From positions 1 through 60,385 of the forward strand of contig JBARPX010000034.1 in NCBI GenBank assembly GCA_049643405.1: 60,385 nucleotides of DNA, given 5' to 3'. This document shows positions 56,157 through 60,385 of this stretch, in pieces. The translations under genes were made by a program, and so were the position numbers. Within the stretch, counting starts at the first letter, position 1; each line of letters begins with the position of its first letter. This DNA is from Candidatus Zixiibacteriota bacterium (GTDB lineage Bacteria > Zixibacteria > MSB-5A5 > SM1-73). Below the pieces are notes generated by a model. That model made no database searches, had not been told where the DNA came from, and worked only from the letters and a program-made list of their open reading frames with translations.

Positions 56157-56582
56157 TTACCTCTCCTCTATTTTCTTCTCCAGGGCATCCCCCAGTTCAG
56201 ATCGGAGGCTTCTTAAGAATTCCACCTCTTTCTGTGCCTTTTCCACCTCTCCCTTCTTGAGATAAGCATAACCCAAGTTATAGTGAGCTTTGGTATCCCA
56301 CTGGCTTAGCTCAATCACCTTTTTGAACTGCTGGATGGCCCGATCGTATTCCTCTCTCCTTAGATGAATCGCCCCGGCGTTTGTGTAAGCCCTGGTATCG
56401 CTGGGGTTGAGCTGGACTGCTTTCTCATATTCTTCTAAGGCCTTATCTAAGTCGCCTTGATTCTGATATGTAAAACCTTGTCTGAAGTGTTTCTCTGCCT
56501 CTTTCTCCTTGTTGGCGCAACTCAAAAGCCCAAAGATCAAAAAAAGAGCCAAAGAACCCTTTAGAAAATCTCCCCACCTCAT
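56157..56582 (-). CDS. TPR-repeat lipoprotein
   Basis: Lipobox FGLLSCAN. Three TPRs (GDLDKALEEYEKAVQLNP, EEYDRAIQQFKKVIEL, GEVEKAQKEVEFL). Confidence 0.82.
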   Translation of the reverse strand: MRWGDFLKGSLALFLIFGLLSCANKEKEAEKHFRQGFTYQNQGDLDKALEEYEKAVQLNPSDTRAYTNAGAIHLRREEYDRAIQQFKKVIELSQWDTKAHYNLGYAYLKKGEVEKAQKEVEFLRSLRSELGDALEKKIEER

Positions 56583-56823
56583 GAGAACCTCGTTTTTTGA
56601 GATTTACCTTTCAAACCACGAGACATATCAGAGGAAGTTCCAGTTTCGACTATCGAAGTTCGAGCCTCCTGGCTCCTCGGGGATGTTATCCCAGACGGGT
56701 CTCCGTCATCCCCGAGTTTTCCCCTGTGGATGCTTGCCAGCCGTGGATAACATCCACAGGGAACATTTGAGAATTTTCCAGCTTCTATCACCGAGCTTCG
56801 AGCCGCCAAACGAGCCTCGATAA

Positions 56824-57819
56824 CTATTCTTCCTTCACGTCCTGCAGCAGCTTCTCGATGATCTCCATGGTCCCCACGCCGTCCGCCTCGGCATTGAAGG
56901 AGGTCACTATGCGATGTCTTAAAACCGGCTTAGCCGCCGCCCTGACGTCATCCGTGGAGGGAGTATACCTGCCATCCAAGATGGCTTTGGTCTTGGCTCC
57001 CAGGATCATATATTGAGAGGCTCGCGGGCCGGCGCCCCAGGTGACCCAGTTCTTGATGTAGGGAAGCGAGTTGTTCTCACCCGGCCTGGTGCTGCGGGCC
57101 AGCCTGACCGCATAGTTCACCACGTGATCCGAGACCGGAACCCGGCGGGCAAGCTTTTGCAGCCTTATTATCTCGTCTGCTCCCATCACCTTATCTAACT
57201 CCCAATCGTAGGCGCTGGTGGTCGACTTAACGATGGTATTCTCCTCCTCCTCGGACGGGTAGTCCACGTAGATGTTGAACATGAAACGGTCCAACTGGGC
57301 TTCGGGGAGCGGGTAGGTTCCCTCCAACTCGATGGGATTCTGGGTGGCTAATACGAAGAAGGGCTCGGCCAGCTTGTAGGTCTCGCCTCCTGCGGTGACC
57401 TCATGTTCCTGCATCGCCTGGAGAAGCGCTGCCTGTGTCTTGGGTGGGGTGCGGTTGATTTCATCCGCCAGCACTATGTTGGAGAAGACTGGCCCCTGGA
57501 CGAACTTGAAGGTCCTCTGGCCAGTGGAGACGTTCTCCTCGATGATCTCCGTGCCGGTGATATCCGAGGGCATCAAATCGGGAGTGAACTGGATTCGATT
57601 GAATTTCAGTTCCAGTATTCTCGAGATGGTGGAGATCATCAGGGTCTTGGCCAAACCCGGCACGCCGATTAAGAGGCAGTGGCCGTTGGACAAAAGCGCA
57701 ACTAGGAGCTCGTCGATGACCCTCTCCTGCCCCACGATCACCTTCTTGATTTCGTTCTTTATCTTATTTCGTGCTTCATTCAGCTTCTCTACTGCTTCCA
57801 AATCCTGTTTCTCTGCCAT
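56824..57819 (-). CDS. MoxR-family AAA+ ATPase
   Basis: VIVGQERVIDELLVALLSNGHCLLIGVPGLAKT...VLADEINRTPPKTQAALLQAMQE. Confidence 0.93.
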   Translation of the reverse strand: MAEKQDLEAVEKLNEARNKIKNEIKKVIVGQERVIDELLVALLSNGHCLLIGVPGLAKTLMISTISRILELKFNRIQFTPDLMPSDITGTEIIEENVSTGQRTFKFVQGPVFSNIVLADEINRTPPKTQAALLQAMQEHEVTAGGETYKLAEPFFVLATQNPIELEGTYPLPEAQLDRFMFNIYVDYPSEEEENTIVKSTTSAYDWELDKVMGADEIIRLQKLARRVPVSDHVVNYAVRLARSTRPGENNSLPYIKNWVTWGAGPRASQYMILGAKTKAILDGRYTPSTDDVRAAAKPVLRHRIVTSFNAEADGVGTMEIIEKLLQDVKEE

Positions 57820-58158
57820 GTTTTCCTCCTAAGTGGTCAATAGTAATATACATCCGAAGCATGAGGAAAATTGAGAAATTTTTGAAAAATAGCCTGTTTG
57901 GAGGCCCCTGTCATAATGATCGGACCGAGTCAGTCTGCCTTCAGCTCACGATTGCAGACGCAATGTACCCCCGGTCGTACTTACTGAAGGGGAAACCCCA
58001 GCAGCCTTCTTCATGCTCGTCACGGTCACACGACCGCCTCGTCCGTGACGGAAATGCGCTTGGTAACGAACGGGGACGTCCGTTGCAACGAAGGGCGGGA
58101 AAACTGGATTTCTCGGAGGAAAGGATGAGGCAAAGTTGGGCGAGAGTCTAAGAATCTC

Positions 58159-58187
58159 TTGACAAAGAGTGGCGTTTCTGTATTCTA
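58159..58187 (+). promoter_or_regulatory. Candidate promoter of the Cys-repeat T9SS gene
   Basis: TTGACA-16/17 nt-TATTCT, about 140 nt upstream of ATG 58329. Confidence 0.3.
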
Positions 58188-58328
58188 CTATTGAATAGCG
58201 TTGATTGACGCCGAAGAGCTTTTCCCCTTTTTGCTCTTTCCGGGAACGAAAAGCGGGAGGTGAATTCTGGAAAATCTATTGTTAAGCATCATCGAAAATC
58301 CAGGGAAACTTAATTTTGGAGGTGCAAG

Positions 58329-59240
58329 ATGAGTAAATGGTTTTCGGTTTTGTCGTTTGTGGTGATATTGGCCTTGGTCCAAGTTCTTGCTCCGACGGAC
58401 GCATGGTCAATACCTCAAGGTGCGTGCTGCTATCCTGACGGGACTTGCGCTAACGAGCAATATCAGGCGCAATGTGAAGCTGAGGGTGGCACGTACATGG
58501 GCGATTTAACCATCTGCGTTCAGGTTGAATGTGAGCCTCAAGCTCAAGGTGCCTGCTGCTATCCTGACGGGACTTGCGCTAACGAGCAATACCAGGCACA
58601 ATGTGAACTTGAAGGTGGCACGTACATGGGCGATTTAACCATCTGCGTTCAGGTTGAATGTGAGCCTCAAGCTCAAGGTGCATGCTGCTATCCAGACGGT
58701 TCTTGCTCTGACGATCAATATCAGGCGCAATGTGAAGCTGAGGGTGGCACGTACATGGGCGATTTAACCATCTGCGTTCAGGTTGAATGTGAACCTCAAG
58801 CTCAAGGTGCATGCTGCTATCCTGACGGTTCTTGCGTTGACGATCAATATCAGGCGCAATGTGAAACTGATGGTGGCACATACATGGGCGATTTAACCAG
58901 CTGCGCTCAGGTTCAGTGTGGCAATGAAGTGAGGGACGAGACTGGAGGCAGAGAAAAACCCTCTGAATTTGCTCTTTTTCAAAACCACCCGAACCCTTTT
59001 AACCAGGCAACGAAAATAGAATTCACTCTGGTGAAGTCGGGTTTTGTCAGCCTGAGCATTTACGATTTGTTGGGAAGAAAGGTAAGGACCTTGGCTTCGG
59101 AACATTTGCCCTCGGGTTACAAATCTGTGCTTTGGGATGGGAAGAATGACTCTGGAGAAGACGTGGCTTCAGGAATCTACTTCTACCAATTAGGAGTCCG
59201 AGATTACTCTGAAACCAAAACGTTGGTGCTGTTGAAATGA
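58329..59240 (+). CDS. Secreted protein: 4 tandem 43-aa six-Cys repeats plus T9SS C-terminal sorting domain
   Basis: Signal peptide MSKWFSVLSFVVILALVQVLA. 4 x QGACCYPDG[TS]C..[ED]QYQAQCE.[ED]GGTYMGDLT.C.QV[EQ]C. CTD is FQNHPNPFNQATKIEF...GIYFYQLGVRDYSETKTLVLLK. Confidence 0.88.
   Translation: MSKWFSVLSFVVILALVQVLAPTDAWSIPQGACCYPDGTCANEQYQAQCEAEGGTYMGDLTICVQVECEPQAQGACCYPDGTCANEQYQAQCELEGGTYMGDLTICVQVECEPQAQGACCYPDGSCSDDQYQAQCEAEGGTYMGDLTICVQVECEPQAQGACCYPDGSCVDDQYQAQCETDGGTYMGDLTSCAQVQCGNEVRDETGGREKPSEFALFQNHPNPFNQATKIEFTLVKSGFVSLSIYDLLGRKVRTLASEHLPSGYKSVLWDGKNDSGEDVASGIYFYQLGVRDYSETKTLVLLK
58416..58931 (+). repeat. In-frame 129-bp tandem repeat x4
   Basis: Units start at 58416, 58545, 58674 and 58803. 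The first three are nearly identical at DNA level. Confidence 0.9.
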
Positions 59241-59453
59241 GTCTCTCTTGATTTAGGAGCTTATTCAGTTGTTAGAGACCCCAGCCGAGCCTCTTGAGTT
59301 AGAGGTTCGGCTGTTTCATATCTGGCCCGTCATCAGGCAGAATCTCCTTGCAGCGAGAGAAAACATGGTTATATTGAGCGTGTAACTGTATTCCTTCGCA
59401 AGGGCTGTTATAGCCAGTTACTACAGGTGTTCATAAATGGCGCGGGAGGTTTC

Positions 59454-60385
59454 ATGCGTACATTAGTCTTCACCGTCCTTATCCTATCTTTAACTACATT
59501 TCAGGCGGCGGCAAAAGATGCGCCTCAGGCTCCTCGAGGCGCATGGCAGCGGGCTATCGGGGACATCCCCGTCAGTTGCCAAAGCAATTGCCCCAATAGG
59601 GGAATCGCCCTGGGAGGATTTGGAGCAGGCTCATTCATGTATAACATCAGCGGCTCGTTTGGGCCCTGGGCAGATGAAGTGGGAGAATACGATAAGACCT
59701 GGCTGGTCGGGGCAGCTTTTCACGTCTTTGAGAAAAAAGAAGAGGCCGTGATAGCAAAATGCCTTTGCACCCAGCAATCCGTAATGCCGGTAAACTGGAG
59801 TGGACTCCAGGTTGGCGAGGGGACCTACTATGCCCTGCAGCCCAAGGGATGGTGCGTATACGACTGCTTCCGCTCCGAGATATCATCCGGATTCTTCAGT
59901 CCGATAATCCCCGGCAACTACCAACAGACCTCCTATCCGGTGGCGGTGTGGCAGTTTGAAATATCCAATCCATCTGCCGACTCGGTGGAGGTGTCGGTTA
60001 TGTTCACCTGGCCCAATCCCCCATTCAGCGGGGGCAGCCAGACCAGAACGGGCTTTTCCAATCACTTATTTCAGAGTTCGGGAATCACCGGCGTGGTGCT
60101 GAAGGCCAGCCATCCGTCTAATACCCCGGAGACCCAGAATTCTGAGTGGTGTATCGCCACAATGCAGGCAGGCAACTCGACAGTATCCTTTGCCAGTTGG
60201 AACCACTCAGGCGACGGAAGCGACATCTGGGGCCAGTTCACCGATGATGGCGTTCTGTCGGACAGCATAAATCCTGTCGAATCCGGCGCGGCCATAGCGG
60301 TAAAAACGCTTCTCGGTCCGGGTGACAGCGCAGTCATCCCAATCGTACTTTCCTGGGACTTTCCGGTGGTAGAGTTTAAGAGCAC
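59454..60385 (+). CDS. GH116 (GBA2-type beta-glucosidase) N-terminal domain protein, 5' part; continues beyond window end
   Basis: Absent from the ORF track (no stop in window). ATG 59454 follows GGGAGG. Manual translation gives MRTLVFTVLILSLTTFQAAA (signal), GIALGGFGAGSFMYNISGSFGPW, FFSPIIPGNYQQTSYPVAVWQFEISN and VIPIVLSWDFP. Confidence 0.7.
   Translation, partial: MRTLVFTVLILSLTTFQAAAKDAPQAPRGAWQRAIGDIPVSCQSNCPNRGIALGGFGAGSFMYNISGSFGPWADEVGEYDKTWLVGAAFHVFEKKEEAVIAKCLCTQQSVMPVNWSGLQVGEGTYYALQPKGWCVYDCFRSEISSGFFSPIIPGNYQQTSYPVAVWQFEISNPSADSVEVSVMFTWPNPPFSGGSQTRTGFSNHLFQSSGITGVVLKASHPSNTPETQNSEWCIATMQAGNSTVSFASWNHSGDGSDIWGQFTDDGVLSDSINPVESGAAIAVKTLLGPGDSAVIPIVLSWDFPVVEFKS

Overview
60.4-kb contig fragment, about 50% GC, from an uncultivated bacterium. 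Three secreted proteins end in Por/T9SS-type C-terminal sorting domains (FQN[YH]PNPFN ... KKLVL[VI]K), which points to the FCB superphylum or a neighbouring lineage. I found no rRNA, tRNA, CRISPR array, transposase or integrase. Most genes are on the minus strand and are housekeeping: rpsF-rpsR-rplI, pth, rpmB, trpS, scpA, nfo, htpX, an ABC-F ATPase and a MoxR/DUF58/vWA (Bat-like) operon. Also present are membrane transport and stress genes (CNNM/CorC, DedA, MarC, OmpA-like, CaCA, TerC, DUF502), a GAF-GGDEF cyclase and two tandem serpins. A glucosyl/mannosyl-(phospho)glycerate-type compatible-solute cluster is split by two paralogous T9SS cargo genes. Two real genes run off the window edges and are missing from the ORF track: an FG-GAP propeller protein (complement <1..1520) and a GH116-like glycosidase (59454..>60385). 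The most unusual content is non-coding or accessory. (i) A low-GC islet holds an orphan HEPN/DUF4145-like gene and a split beta-barrel OMP, bracketed by composite direct repeats. (ii) A family of structured GCGTAG-hairpin-hairpin-CTACGC elements includes a 121-bp tandem array inside the MoxR operon. (iii) A HicAB plus double-TonB_C islet lies between a diverged duplication of the trpS 3' end. (iv) A four-helix-bundle (23S-IVS/Avd-family) gene is bracketed by inverted heptamer arrays. (v) An HNH-like gene flanked by direct repeats is inserted in the Bat-like operon. (vi) A T9SS protein is built from four near-identical 129-bp Cys-rich repeats. All functional calls come from reading the translated sequence for motifs; no database search was possible.
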